Below are positions 22,813 to 32,509 of a DNA stretch of 37,142 bases, in pieces. The stretch is from Candidatus Kaiserbacteria bacterium (GTDB lineage Bacteria; Patescibacteriota; Minisyncoccia; Phycocordibacterales; Phycocordibacteraceae). The translations under genes were made by a program, and so were the position numbers. Under the pieces are notes generated by a model, which had not been told where the DNA came from, made no database searches, and saw only the letters and a program-made list of their open reading frames with translations. The stretch lies in contig DRJB01000015.1 of NCBI GenBank assembly GCA_011052355.1, positions 1 to 37,142 on the forward strand, given 5' to 3'. Numbering within the stretch: the stretch's first letter is position 1; each line of letters opens with the position of its first letter.

Positions 22813-23820
22813 GTGTATAATGAATGTATGTCAATGCGAGAACAAATTTCGCTCATGCCGGCGCAGTTTCATTGGGAGCCGACATACGAACGAGAAAATA
22901 AACTGAGCAAAGATTCTTTACAGAATGTTTTTTTGTGTGGCATGGGTGGTTCACATCTTGGAGCGGATTTATTATTGCGCGAAGCACCCGCACTTCCTTT
23001 AACAGTGCGTCATGAATACAGTCTGCCGATTATCCCCGAGGAACAACTCGCGCACACGCTCGTTATAGTGAGCTCATATTCCGGCGAAACTGAAGAAGCG
23101 CTTGATGTATTACATACCGCTCTGCAAGAAAACATACCCTGCGCCGCAATCACCTCGGGAGGGACATTACTTGCGCAAGCACGCGATGCCGGTATTCCCA
23201 CAATTATATTTCCCAAAGACGGCGTTGAACCACGTATGACACTCGGGTATGCACTGCGAGCACTTACAAAACTCCTCAATGAGGAAGAACTGTTCGTGAA
23301 TATCAAAAAAAGTGGTGAGGAACTTTCAACAGACACGCGAGAAAAAGAAGGTGCGTCCCTTGCAGATATATTTGCACACAAAATCCCTGTTTTTTATACC
23401 TCTACTCGAAATGTTGCAGTTGGTTATATTTTGAAAATCACTCTCAATGAAACGGCAAAGATACCAGCATTTGCAAACACCATTCCCGAAGCATGCCACA
23501 ACGAACTCTCCGGATATGACGCCGTCGCTTCATCAAAAGAAATTATACACACGTTGCTTCCGGTTTTTGTAACCGATGAAAAAGACCACCCGCGCATACG
23601 CGCGCGCATGCGCTTGATGCGCGAAATATTTACCAAAAGAGAAATATCTTCTTGCGAGATGGCGATTGCTCCACAACTCTCCTCGCTTGCGGGAGCCATT
23701 GAAGTGATACAAACCGGTACGTCTGTGGCGGTGGAACTAGCCAAGCGAGATGGCGTACCGGACGCACACACCCCAATCATTGATGACTTCAAACAACGGC
23801 TTGCAAAAATACCATGGTGA
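22813..23820 (+). CDS. bifunctional phosphoglucose/phosphomannose isomerase (SIS domain)
   Basis: CGMGGSHLGADLL and VIVSSYSGETEEAL, size about 330 aa. GTG at 22813, alternative ATGs at 22828 and 22834. Confidence 0.8.
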   Translation: MYNECMSMREQISLMPAQFHWEPTYERENKLSKDSLQNVFLCGMGGSHLGADLLLREAPALPLTVRHEYSLPIIPEEQLAHTLVIVSSYSGETEEALDVLHTALQENIPCAAITSGGTLLAQARDAGIPTIIFPKDGVEPRMTLGYALRALTKLLNEEELFVNIKKSGEELSTDTREKEGASLADIFAHKIPVFYTSTRNVAVGYILKITLNETAKIPAFANTIPEACHNELSGYDAVASSKEIIHTLLPVFVTDEKDHPRIRARMRLMREIFTKREISSCEMAIAPQLSSLAGAIEVIQTGTSVAVELAKRDGVPDAHTPIIDDFKQRLAKIPW

Positions 23821-24626
23821 TACTGGTAGACATTGGCGGAACAAAAACGCGAGTAGCGGTCAGTGCTGACGGGAAAACCATCTTCGGAAAAGAAACTTTT
23901 GATACTCCTGACACTCCCAAAGAGGGTCTGGAGCGCGTGCGAACCACTGTGCAAAAGCTTTATAATGGAGAACCACTTGAAATGGCGATAATTGGTATTG
24001 CCGGTGTGTGTTCGCCAGACCGTACCGAGTTGGTACAATCACCACACCTTCCAAAGTGGGTACATCATTTTACCGTATCCGACGCAACTATTTCTCTTGG
24101 AGTTCCGGTATATTTTGAAAATGATGCGGCGCTCGGAGCGCTTGGCGAAGCGACTGAGGGCGCCGGAAAAGACTGCTCAATAATGGCGTACGTTACCGTC
24201 GGTACCGGTGTTGGTGGCGCACGCATAGTTAACAAAACCATTGACCGGACTTATTTCGGTTTTGAAATCGGACAACAGCTTGTGTCGTTTGAAGGAGAGG
24301 CACAACTACTTGAGAAAGTGCTTTCCGGGAGCACTCTTGAAAAACGCTATGGCACATCATCAAAAAATATTAAAGATGAAAAAATGTGGAATGAAGTGGC
24401 ACAAATATTCGCAGACGGACTGTACAATACCATAGTGCACTGGTCGCCCCAGTGCGTGGTGCTTGGTGGCTCGGTAATGAAAGACATTCCATTGCAAATT
24501 GTCGCGGAGAGACTTGTTGAGCGCATGCATATCTTCCCCGAGCTCCCGCGCCTTGTGCGCGGCGAGCTCGGGGATTTGTGTGGCATATATGGTGGCATGG
24601 CGCTCGCGCACACCTTGCACAGATAG
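23814..24626 (+). CDS. ROK-family sugar kinase (glucokinase-like)
   Basis: ILVDIGGTKTRVAV, ENDAALGALGE and VTVGTGVGG. Confidence 0.8.
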   Translation: MVILVDIGGTKTRVAVSADGKTIFGKETFDTPDTPKEGLERVRTTVQKLYNGEPLEMAIIGIAGVCSPDRTELVQSPHLPKWVHHFTVSDATISLGVPVYFENDAALGALGEATEGAGKDCSIMAYVTVGTGVGGARIVNKTIDRTYFGFEIGQQLVSFEGEAQLLEKVLSGSTLEKRYGTSSKNIKDEKMWNEVAQIFADGLYNTIVHWSPQCVVLGGSVMKDIPLQIVAERLVERMHIFPELPRLVRGELGDLCGIYGGMALAHTLHR

Positions 24627-24642
24627 CAACACAGAATTTTAT

Positions 24643-24684
24643 GCCCACCCCTCGCCCGGCGCCAGCGCCGGGCGAGGGGTGGGC
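24643..24684 (+). terminator. GC-rich perfect hairpin after the ROK gene
   Basis: gcccacccctcgcccggcgc-ca-gcgccgggcgaggggtgggc. No clear T-run follows. Confidence 0.45.
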
Positions 24685-24820
24685 TCCTCCACTCACACAC
24701 CCGCATACACAATAGTTATACACACACAATCTCCTATACACCCAAGCATAATTGGTACATAGTATATATAAACACTATATATGTGTCCGCTCGTGAATTT
24801 TATTTCTTAAAAATAATACT

Positions 24821-25240
24821 ATGAATCATAACCTGCGAGAACTTGCTAAATTATTAACCGGAGTAGTGCTTGCTGATGCAACGGCAATTGTGTGGATGGC
24901 GGGAATACATATGCTTCCATTGTCATTTATGGGAGCAACCATCACCAATGCCACCGTCCTTCCAGTTGTATTGTTTGATGCTATGCTCGCGCTTATTTTG
25001 GTGCATTATGGATGGGGCATCGCGCTTCCCGTGCGCACCGTGCGTGAACGTACGATGCTCTACGCAATTGGAATACTCTTCGCCGCCGTTGCGTTGTTGC
25101 ACTGGGTAAGAATTGCATTTGGACTTCCTCTTTACCTTGGAACCTTGCTCATCCCGGTTTGGCTTTCATGGATTGCGGTCATCATCACCACGTATCTATC
25201 TTATATAAGCTTCCATTTTGCGCTTTTGCGCCGAAAATAA
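24821..25240 (+). CDS. hypothetical 4-TM membrane protein
   Basis: ORF track, hydrophobic throughout. Immediately upstream of the P-type ATPase. Confidence 0.5.
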   Translation: MNHNLRELAKLLTGVVLADATAIVWMAGIHMLPLSFMGATITNATVLPVVLFDAMLALILVHYGWGIALPVRTVRERTMLYAIGILFAAVALLHWVRIAFGLPLYLGTLLIPVWLSWIAVIITTYLSYISFHFALLRRK

Positions 25241-25265
25241 TCAATCGCGCGTTAACGCCATACTT

Positions 25266-27698
25266 ATGAATGCAGTTACCGCACACACAAACACGCATGA
25301 ACCGGCAGGGCTTTCGTCAGCTGAAGCGCAACATATCAGAAAGGAGAACGGCGCGAACATTCTTGAAGAAAAAAAACAGAGATTTATCGTAAAAGTATTC
25401 TTGTGGGTTATAACTCCAATTTCGCTCATGCTTCTTGCGGCGTCCGGGCTTTCTTTTGCGGTGGGCAAAGCGGGAAATGGATTGATTATTCTTGCGCTTT
25501 TTTTGGTAAATTTCGGTATTCGCATTTGGCACGAAGGGAAAGCCGATAAGGCAATCGCAAAACTGCAAGAACATCTCACTGTATATTCACGGGTGAAGCG
25601 CGACGGAGCATGGCAAAAAATACCTTCTAAAGAGCTCGTACCTAAGGATATAGTAATGCTTACTGTTGGTGCTGTGGTACCGGCAGATGCGCAAATTATA
25701 TCTGAAACCAACCTCTCACTTAATGAATCCATGCTCACAGGGGAATCACTTCCCCGCTCACGAACGGTGGGAGAAACGGTATATTCCGGTTCTTTCGTTT
25801 CTACCGGCAACGCGTTGGTAACCATAACCGCAACCGGTAATCATACTTATTTCGGAAAAACACTCGCGTCTGTTGAACACACAAAGAAACGAAGTGCGCT
25901 TGAGCAAGACATTTTGACAATCTCGCGCTTCCTTTCCATATTCGCCATCATCGTCATCGCTATTCTATCCATATTCCTGATGAGCCATCCAGGCATCAAG
26001 CTCATTGAAGTCATTACTCTTGATATTTCGCTTCTTATCGCGGGCATTCCGGTAGCATTGCCCACGGTTATGAGCCTTATTATAAGTGTCGGTGTGCTTG
26101 AGCTCGCAAAAAAACATACAATCGTGCGACGTATCGCTTCACTTGAGAATCTATCCAACGTAGACGTGTTGCTTTCCGATAAGACAGGCACACTGACGGA
26201 AAATCGTATTCGCGTTGATAAGGTTGTAACACTCACGGCGCAAGATGAAAAAGAGGTGCTGAAGTTTGCGGTGAGCGCCACAGATTCTGCGGAAGGAAAC
26301 GCGCTTGAAGGAGCTATCATTGAAAAAGCAAAAACACTGTTAATCAGTAGCTTGCCACAACAAAAATTTATCCCGGGCGATTCGCAAAGAAAGCGAAGCA
26401 CCGCAATAGTAACCGAAGGAAGTGATACGTGGACAATAGCGCTTGGCGCGCCAAGCATCATTCGCACATTGTGCAAATTCAAATCGCCGACGATATTAAA
26501 ATTGTTTGATGAGGAAGTTTCGCAGGCAGCGCAACGCGGCGACCGCACTCTTGCGGTCGCCGCCGGGAAAAATACCACCGAAGAGCACGACCTTCAGCCG
26601 ATAGGCATATTGTTTCTCTCCGACACACTGCGCGCAGACGCTAAAGAAACCATCGCAACCATGCACGATGAAGGAATAAATGTAAAAATGCTCACCGGTG
26701 ATGGTATTCAAATAGCACAAAAAGTTGCCAAAGAACTTGGGCTTAATGGAAAAATTCTTCCGCGCTCAATTTTTGATTCTCTTGAGACACTTCCCGCGGT
26801 AATGGAAACCGCGGATGGTTTTGCCGAGGTACTACCGAAAGATAAATACTTAGCGGTTGAAACAATGAAGAAGAGCCATGTGGTTGCGGTGACGGGCGAC
26901 GGCGTAAATGATGTTCCGCCCATTAAAGCGGCAGATGTGGGCATTGCAGTAAAAAACTCGGTTGATGCCCTGCGTAGCACCGCAGACATTGTTATTCTTA
27001 CAAATGGCATATCTGTAATAAACGATGCCATTATTGACGCACGAAAAGTATTTATGCGCATTTATCACTATTCCGTATATCGTATCTCGGAAAGCGCTCG
27101 GCTTATCTTGACTATTGGACTTATCGGCATATTGGTTGGAAATTATCCATTGACAACCGTGCAAATTATTTTGCTTGCCGTTCTTAACGATCTCCCTATC
27201 GTTTCTCTTGCGTTTGACCACGTACATACCGCGCATACTCCGGAAACAATTGACGTGCGTCGCCGATTTTTCTTGGGCACCACGTATGGTATCACCGGTG
27301 TTGTAAACAGTATGCTGACACTTTATATTGTATTGTTTATGTTGCACTTGCCCTGGGGACAAATACAAACATTATTCTTCCTTCAGTTGGTGGTATCGGG
27401 AAATTTCCTTATCTACGTAGCCCACACGGAAAAGCGGTGGTTCCGCTATCTTCCAAGCTGGCAAGTGATGGTGGCAATTTCTTCAACGCAAGTGGTCGCC
27501 ACACTATGGGCGTTGAGTGGTTGGTTCACCACCGCCATTCCTTTATGGGTGGTCGGCTTCGTATGGGTGTGGTCGTTTGCGTGGATGCAAACATCAGAAA
27601 TGGGCAAAATGCTTGTTGCTCGTTTCGTTAAAGCAAAATCCGGAAGTCCGCAAGCAACTGCCATCGCCGCGCAGATGGGCGCCGGGAAAACGGTATAA
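25266..27698 (+). CDS. P-type ATPase, type IIIA (H+/Mg2+-pump)-like
   Basis: GLSSAEAQHIRKENGANILEE, TGES, DKTGTLTEN, MLTGDG and GDGVNDVPPIKAADVGIAV. Start placed at ATG 25266. Confidence 0.9.
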   Translation: MNAVTAHTNTHEPAGLSSAEAQHIRKENGANILEEKKQRFIVKVFLWVITPISLMLLAASGLSFAVGKAGNGLIILALFLVNFGIRIWHEGKADKAIAKLQEHLTVYSRVKRDGAWQKIPSKELVPKDIVMLTVGAVVPADAQIISETNLSLNESMLTGESLPRSRTVGETVYSGSFVSTGNALVTITATGNHTYFGKTLASVEHTKKRSALEQDILTISRFLSIFAIIVIAILSIFLMSHPGIKLIEVITLDISLLIAGIPVALPTVMSLIISVGVLELAKKHTIVRRIASLENLSNVDVLLSDKTGTLTENRIRVDKVVTLTAQDEKEVLKFAVSATDSAEGNALEGAIIEKAKTLLISSLPQQKFIPGDSQRKRSTAIVTEGSDTWTIALGAPSIIRTLCKFKSPTILKLFDEEVSQAAQRGDRTLAVAAGKNTTEEHDLQPIGILFLSDTLRADAKETIATMHDEGINVKMLTGDGIQIAQKVAKELGLNGKILPRSIFDSLETLPAVMETADGFAEVLPKDKYLAVETMKKSHVVAVTGDGVNDVPPIKAADVGIAVKNSVDALRSTADIVILTNGISVINDAIIDARKVFMRIYHYSVYRISESARLILTIGLIGILVGNYPLTTVQIILLAVLNDLPIVSLAFDHVHTAHTPETIDVRRRFFLGTTYGITGVVNSMLTLYIVLFMLHLPWGQIQTLFFLQLVVSGNFLIYVAHTEKRWFRYLPSWQVMVAISSTQVVATLWALSGWFTTAIPLWVVGFVWVWSFAWMQTSEMGKMLVARFVKAKSGSPQATAIAAQMGAGKTV

Positions 27699-27730
27699 TA
27701 AATTTATTCATCATTACTCAATCAAATATC

Positions 27731-29392
27731 ATGAACGAAAAAACAAAAGAAAATCTGAAACGCACATTTAAGGGAGAAATAACCGATGCGCAAGAAGATA
27801 TACAGAAAGCAAGCAGAGATACCAGTCTTTTTACACTCACCCCCTCATTAATAGTTTATCCGACAAACACAGAAGATGTTTCCGCATTGGTAAAAACGGT
27901 TGCAATGGCGAAAAAAGATGATAGTGCAATTTCAGTTACCGCACGCTCGGGTGGTACAGACATGTCAGGTGGTCCACTCACCACTTCAATAGTGGCAAGT
28001 TTTACAAAACATATGAATCATGTTATTGAAGTTGGTGATGACTATGCCATTACGGAGCCAGGTGTTTATTATCGCGATTTTGAAAAAGAAACCTTAAAGA
28101 AAAACATGCTACTCCCCTCTTATCCGGCAAGTAGAGAGATATGTGCTATGGGTGGCATTGTCGCAAACAATTCCGGCGGGGAACGCACCCTTGAGTATGG
28201 AAAAACGGAACGATATGTGGAGGAGCTTGAAGTGGTGCTTTCTGATGGCTCAGTCACCACATTCAAAGCGCTTACTCCGGAAGAACTTGAGGAGAAGAAA
28301 AAACTTAATACTTTGGAAGGAGATATCTATCGCCGTATGGATACTCTCATTACTGAAAATGCGAAATTGATAGAAACTCGCAAACCGAAAGTCTCAAAAA
28401 ATTCAGCGGGTTATGCCCTGTGGAGCATACGAGATAAAAAAACCAATACTTTCAACCTCGCAAAACTTATCTGTGGCTCACAAGGTACACTTGCTCTGTG
28501 GACAAAAGCAAAATTGGGACTCGTGGTGCCAAAACCGCATCGAGCGATGCTAGTTATTTTTCTTACCGGTATGGATATACTTCCCGAGGTGGTACACAGA
28601 GTTCTTGCTGAAAAGCCGGAATCTTTTGAATCCTATGATGATAAAACATTTACATTGGCGGTAAAATTCATTCCCGAGATGCTCAAACAAATGGGCTTTG
28701 TAAAAGCGGCGCGATTGGGAATTGATTTTATTCCTGAGATTGAAATGGTGGCAACCGGTGGTGTTCCAAAAATGCTTCTCATGGCGGAATTTGCCGAAGA
28801 TACCATTGAGGAAGCGGACGCTAAGGCAAACAAAGCTAGAGAGGCATTGCAAGACCTTCATCTCCAAACAAAGATAGAAAAGAACGAAAAAGAATCAGAA
28901 AAATATTGGATTGTGCGACGAGAAAGTTTTTCACTTCTGCGAAAAAACTTGCACGGACTTTATGCAAGTCCATTCATTGATGACTTCGTTGTACCACCGG
29001 AAACCTATCCGAAATTCTTTCCGGAACTCAACGCACTTCTTGATCAGTATAAAGACCACTTCATTTACACCATCGCGGGACATGCCGGAAGCGGAAACTT
29101 TCATATTATTCCGCTGATGAATATCGCGAAACCGGAAAATAGAAAAGTGGTGCTTGAGCTTGCTCCGAAAGTTTATGACCTTGTTATTCGCTATGGTGGT
29201 ACCACCACAGGTGAACACAATGACGGCATTATTCGCACACCATACATTCCACAATTATTCGGTAAAGAAATGGAAAAACTTTTTGAGCAAACAAAACAGA
29301 TATTTGACCCCGCGGACATATTCAACCCCGGTAAAAAAGTCAATGGCACTTTTGAAGACATTGAGCGCGACATGCTTCGTTCAAATACATAA
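27731..29392 (+). CDS. FAD-linked oxidase/dehydrogenase (GlcD / D-lactate dehydrogenase-like)
   Basis: FAD_binding_4 pattern PTNTEDVSALVK...VTARSGGTDMSGG. C-terminal GGTTTGEHNDG. Confidence 0.85.
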   Translation: MNEKTKENLKRTFKGEITDAQEDIQKASRDTSLFTLTPSLIVYPTNTEDVSALVKTVAMAKKDDSAISVTARSGGTDMSGGPLTTSIVASFTKHMNHVIEVGDDYAITEPGVYYRDFEKETLKKNMLLPSYPASREICAMGGIVANNSGGERTLEYGKTERYVEELEVVLSDGSVTTFKALTPEELEEKKKLNTLEGDIYRRMDTLITENAKLIETRKPKVSKNSAGYALWSIRDKKTNTFNLAKLICGSQGTLALWTKAKLGLVVPKPHRAMLVIFLTGMDILPEVVHRVLAEKPESFESYDDKTFTLAVKFIPEMLKQMGFVKAARLGIDFIPEIEMVATGGVPKMLLMAEFAEDTIEEADAKANKAREALQDLHLQTKIEKNEKESEKYWIVRRESFSLLRKNLHGLYASPFIDDFVVPPETYPKFFPELNALLDQYKDHFIYTIAGHAGSGNFHIIPLMNIAKPENRKVVLELAPKVYDLVIRYGGTTTGEHNDGIIRTPYIPQLFGKEMEKLFEQTKQIFDPADIFNPGKKVNGTFEDIERDMLRSNT

Positions 29393-29447
29393 ATATAATA
29401 CACAAATATGTATTGCTTTATGTGTGACTTACTTATAAAATATAAGT

Positions 29448-29693
29448 ATGAGTAACGGGGGAGTTCAATTTGAAGAACCGGGATACCGCGCGCCAAGTCG
29501 CACGGAATCGCATAGTACGTTTATAGATTTCCTTATTAAAATAGGTATCGTGAAGAGCAAACAACAGGCTACCTATGTCTTGCTTGGAATTATAATAGTC
29601 ACTGTAATTATCACTTTCTTTGTGCTAAGTTCAAGTAAGCCACATTTTATCCCAATACATCAGGAACAAGCGCCACCAGGATGGACTCCATAG
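29448..29693 (+). CDS. small single-TM protein
   Basis: ORF track. TM segment YVLLGIIIVTVIITFFVL. Confidence 0.4.
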   Translation: MSNGGVQFEEPGYRAPSRTESHSTFIDFLIKIGIVKSKQQATYVLLGIIIVTVIITFFVLSSSKPHFIPIHQEQAPPGWTP

Positions 29694-29703
29694 ATAATAC
29701 TTC

Positions 29704-30189
29704 ATGATTACCAATAGATACACAGCTAAAGAACAAGGGTTTACACTTATTGAATTACTCGTTGTAATAGCTATAATAGGACTTCTCTCTGCCGTCATAG
29801 TGGCAAGCCTCAATGCCGCAAGATTAAAAGCAGACGACACCCAACGTATTTCCGAGCTACACCAAATACGTAAGGCATTGGAGATTTATTATGATACCAA
29901 CAGAAGCTATCCTACTGGTTCATTTGATTCAAGAAATAGCTCATGGAAAACATTTTCTAACTATCTGGTACCAGCATATATGCCGAAAGTTCCTGTTGAT
30001 CCGAAAAATGGAGGTGGAGAAGGTGCTATATGTGGAAACTGTGGAGAATATTTTTATAGCTCTAATGGACAAAAGCTCATTATTTCAACATATCTTGCCA
30101 TAAATAATTCGCCTACATCAAACCAGTATGGACCATATTACTCAATAACTGCAAATTGCGCGCCAACCAGCTTCTGGACTTGTAACTAA
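29704..30189 (+). CDS. type IV pilin / pseudopilin with prepilin N-terminal methylation motif
   Basis: GFTLIELLVVIAIIGLLSAV. C-terminal Cys pairs. Confidence 0.85.
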   Translation: MITNRYTAKEQGFTLIELLVVIAIIGLLSAVIVASLNAARLKADDTQRISELHQIRKALEIYYDTNRSYPTGSFDSRNSSWKTFSNYLVPAYMPKVPVDPKNGGGEGAICGNCGEYFYSSNGQKLIISTYLAINNSPTSNQYGPYYSITANCAPTSFWTCN

Positions 30190-30200
30190 ATTACCATTTG

Positions 30201-30271
30201 TGCGGATAGGGAGAATCGAACTCCCGCCCGATGCTTGGGAAGCATCTGTTCTACCACTAAACCATATCCGC
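30201..30271 (-). tRNA. tRNA-Gly (anticodon CCC), no encoded CCA
   Basis: The reverse complement reads GCGGATATGGTTTAGTGGTAGAACAGATGCTTCCCAAGCATCGGGCGGGAGTTCGATTCTCCCTATCCGCA. Confidence 0.95.
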
Positions 30272-30316
30272 TTGAAATAGATTGAAGTTATGTTAAAGGT
30301 GTCTGACCTCTTTAAC

Positions 30317-30682
30317 CTACAAATGCAGTATACGCTTCCACCACGGTTTTTTTATCGGCGTAGTTGTCGCAACAACGGGCGGTACGACAATGATAACACT
30401 CTCGCCACGCCTGGCAACTCCGAATGCCGTACGAACTGATGCTGAATATCCGCGTGCCGTATCAAGCGTACGCATATTTTGTTCAAGTATGTTTGCTCTG
30501 TGTTTTAACACCTGCGCTTCACGTTGCGTATGTTGGGCGGTTTTCCATGCGATTTGAGCTTTAAAAAAAAGTCCCATGATTAAAGACCCTAACCACACTA
30601 TGACAAGTATAAATATGCCGATTAATATGCCTTGCCGTATGTAATTTGTGTCGTTATTTTTCTTACGCGATAATGAAGACAT
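30317..30682 (-). CDS. FtsB/DivIC-like septum formation initiator (TM + coiled coil)
   Basis: Single TM, a helical segment, then a RRGESVIIV-type tail typical of the family. Weak call. Confidence 0.45.
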   Translation of the reverse strand: MSSLSRKKNNDTNYIRQGILIGIFILVIVWLGSLIMGLFFKAQIAWKTAQHTQREAQVLKHRANILEQNMRTLDTARGYSASVRTAFGVARRGESVIIVVPPVVATTTPIKKPWWKRILHL

Positions 30683-30706
30683 TACTCACAGTATACCGTA
30701 AAAATA

Positions 30707-32509
30707 CTATTCGTAATCACGCACCATTTTCATAAAGACTTCTTCGGGAATATGCACTTTGCCGTGCGTGGCAAGACGTTTTTTTCCTTTTTTTTGTTTT
30801 TCAAGCAGTTTTTTCTTTCTGGTAACGTCTCCTCCGTATAGATAGCCGGTTACGTCTTTGCGCATTGCGGAAAGAGTGCGCGAGGCAATGATGCGACCAA
30901 GCGCATACACTTGTATTTTTGTTACAAACATTTGCCGTGGCAATACTTTATATAATTTTTCAACAATATGCTCCGCCTCTTCTTGCACACGCCTGCGCGA
31001 CACCACTCGTGCAAACGCCGGAATGGGTTCTTCCGCGATGCGTACTTCAATTTTAACCACGTCGGCTTTGCGCTCTTCAAGAATTGTATACGATAAAGAA
31101 GCGTACCCGGAGGATACATTTTTTACCCTATCAAAAAAACCACGCATGAGTTCTCGTAAAGGCATCTCAATGGCAAGCTCAATGCGTCCATCTAAATATG
31201 TTTTGGTATCCAATACCGCCCCCTCATGCTCATAAAAAAGTTGCATAAGCAGTGAAAGTGCCTCCGGCGGAGTAATGAGTACTACACGAGCCCATGGTTC
31301 CTCAATTGAGATAATCTCCCCGAAATCAGGAAATCTTGAGGGCGTATAGATAACTTCGCGCTTTTTTTGTGTTGTTACCGTATAGGAAATAGTCGGGATG
31401 GTGGCAATGAGAGTAAGTGAAAACTCTCTGTGCAAACGCTCCATAACTATTTCAAGATGAAGCATTCCCAAAAAACCACACCGAAACCCGCGCCCTAACG
31501 TACCGGAAGATTCTTCTTCAAAAGAAAGTGAGGAGTCCGCCAAATGCAATCTCTCAAGCGCCCGCTTGAGGTCCGGAAAATCATCCTGACTCTCCGGATA
31601 CACACTCGCCCACACCACCGCGTGTGGTCGCTCAAAACCCTCCAATGGTGGTAATGTTCCGTGAGTGGTAGCAACCGTGTCACCTACCGCAACCACGCCG
31701 GGCTCTTTGATACCGGTTACCACGTAGCCGGTATCGCCTGCTTCAAGACATTCAACCGGCACTTCGTCAGGTGTAAAAATACCAACCTCAAGCGCAGTGT
31801 ATTGCTTAAGGGCGGCGCGCAATATAAGCGTGTCACCTTTTTTGATTGACCCGTCAAATAAACGCACATACACACTGATGCCACGGTGAGTGGAATATGA
31901 AAAGTCAAAGACTAGCCCCCGCGCTTCGTCGTATGACGAAGCGCGGGGTGAGGGCACACGCTTCACTATTTCTTTAAGAAGTGTATCAATTCCCTCCCCT
32001 GTCTTTCCTGATACTGAAATAATTTCCTCCCTGTTAACCGAGAGAAGTTTCATTATTTCATCATGCACATCAGAGATACGCGCAAGCGGGGAATCTATTT
32101 TAGTGACGACTGGTATAATAACACACCCGACTTTTTTTGCCATGGAAAGTGTGGTGAGTGTTTGCGCTTGTACACCCTGCGTTGCATCAACCAATAGCAA
32201 CACACCCTCAACCGCTTTGAGCGCGCGCGACACCTCATACGCAAAATCAATATGTCCGGGCGTATCAATAAGATTTAATGTATATATGGTGCCATCATCT
32301 GCGCGATAGCGCATACGCACCGGTTGCATTTTTATGGTAATACCGCGCTCGCGCTCCAGCTCCATGCGATCAAGCACTTGGTCGCGCATTTTTCGCTTAT
32401 CAATGGTTTCTGTGCGCTCAAGCAACCTATCGGCAAGCGTTGATTTCCCATGGTCAATATGGGCGATAATGCTGAAATTGCGTGTATGTAAAGTGTTGTT
32501 TTTGTTCAT
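30707..32509 (-). CDS. lepA: translation elongation factor 4
   Basis: NFSIIAHIDHGKSTLADRLL, DTPGHIDF, TKID and the LepA-specific C-terminal region. 600 aa. Confidence 0.97.
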   Translation of the reverse strand: MNKNNTLHTRNFSIIAHIDHGKSTLADRLLERTETIDKRKMRDQVLDRMELERERGITIKMQPVRMRYRADDGTIYTLNLIDTPGHIDFAYEVSRALKAVEGVLLLVDATQGVQAQTLTTLSMAKKVGCVIIPVVTKIDSPLARISDVHDEIMKLLSVNREEIISVSGKTGEGIDTLLKEIVKRVPSPRASSYDEARGLVFDFSYSTHRGISVYVRLFDGSIKKGDTLILRAALKQYTALEVGIFTPDEVPVECLEAGDTGYVVTGIKEPGVVAVGDTVATTHGTLPPLEGFERPHAVVWASVYPESQDDFPDLKRALERLHLADSSLSFEEESSGTLGRGFRCGFLGMLHLEIVMERLHREFSLTLIATIPTISYTVTTQKKREVIYTPSRFPDFGEIISIEEPWARVVLITPPEALSLLMQLFYEHEGAVLDTKTYLDGRIELAIEMPLRELMRGFFDRVKNVSSGYASLSYTILEERKADVVKIEVRIAEEPIPAFARVVSRRRVQEEAEHIVEKLYKVLPRQMFVTKIQVYALGRIIASRTLSAMRKDVTGYLYGGDVTRKKKLLEKQKKGKKRLATHGKVHIPEEVFMKMVRDYE

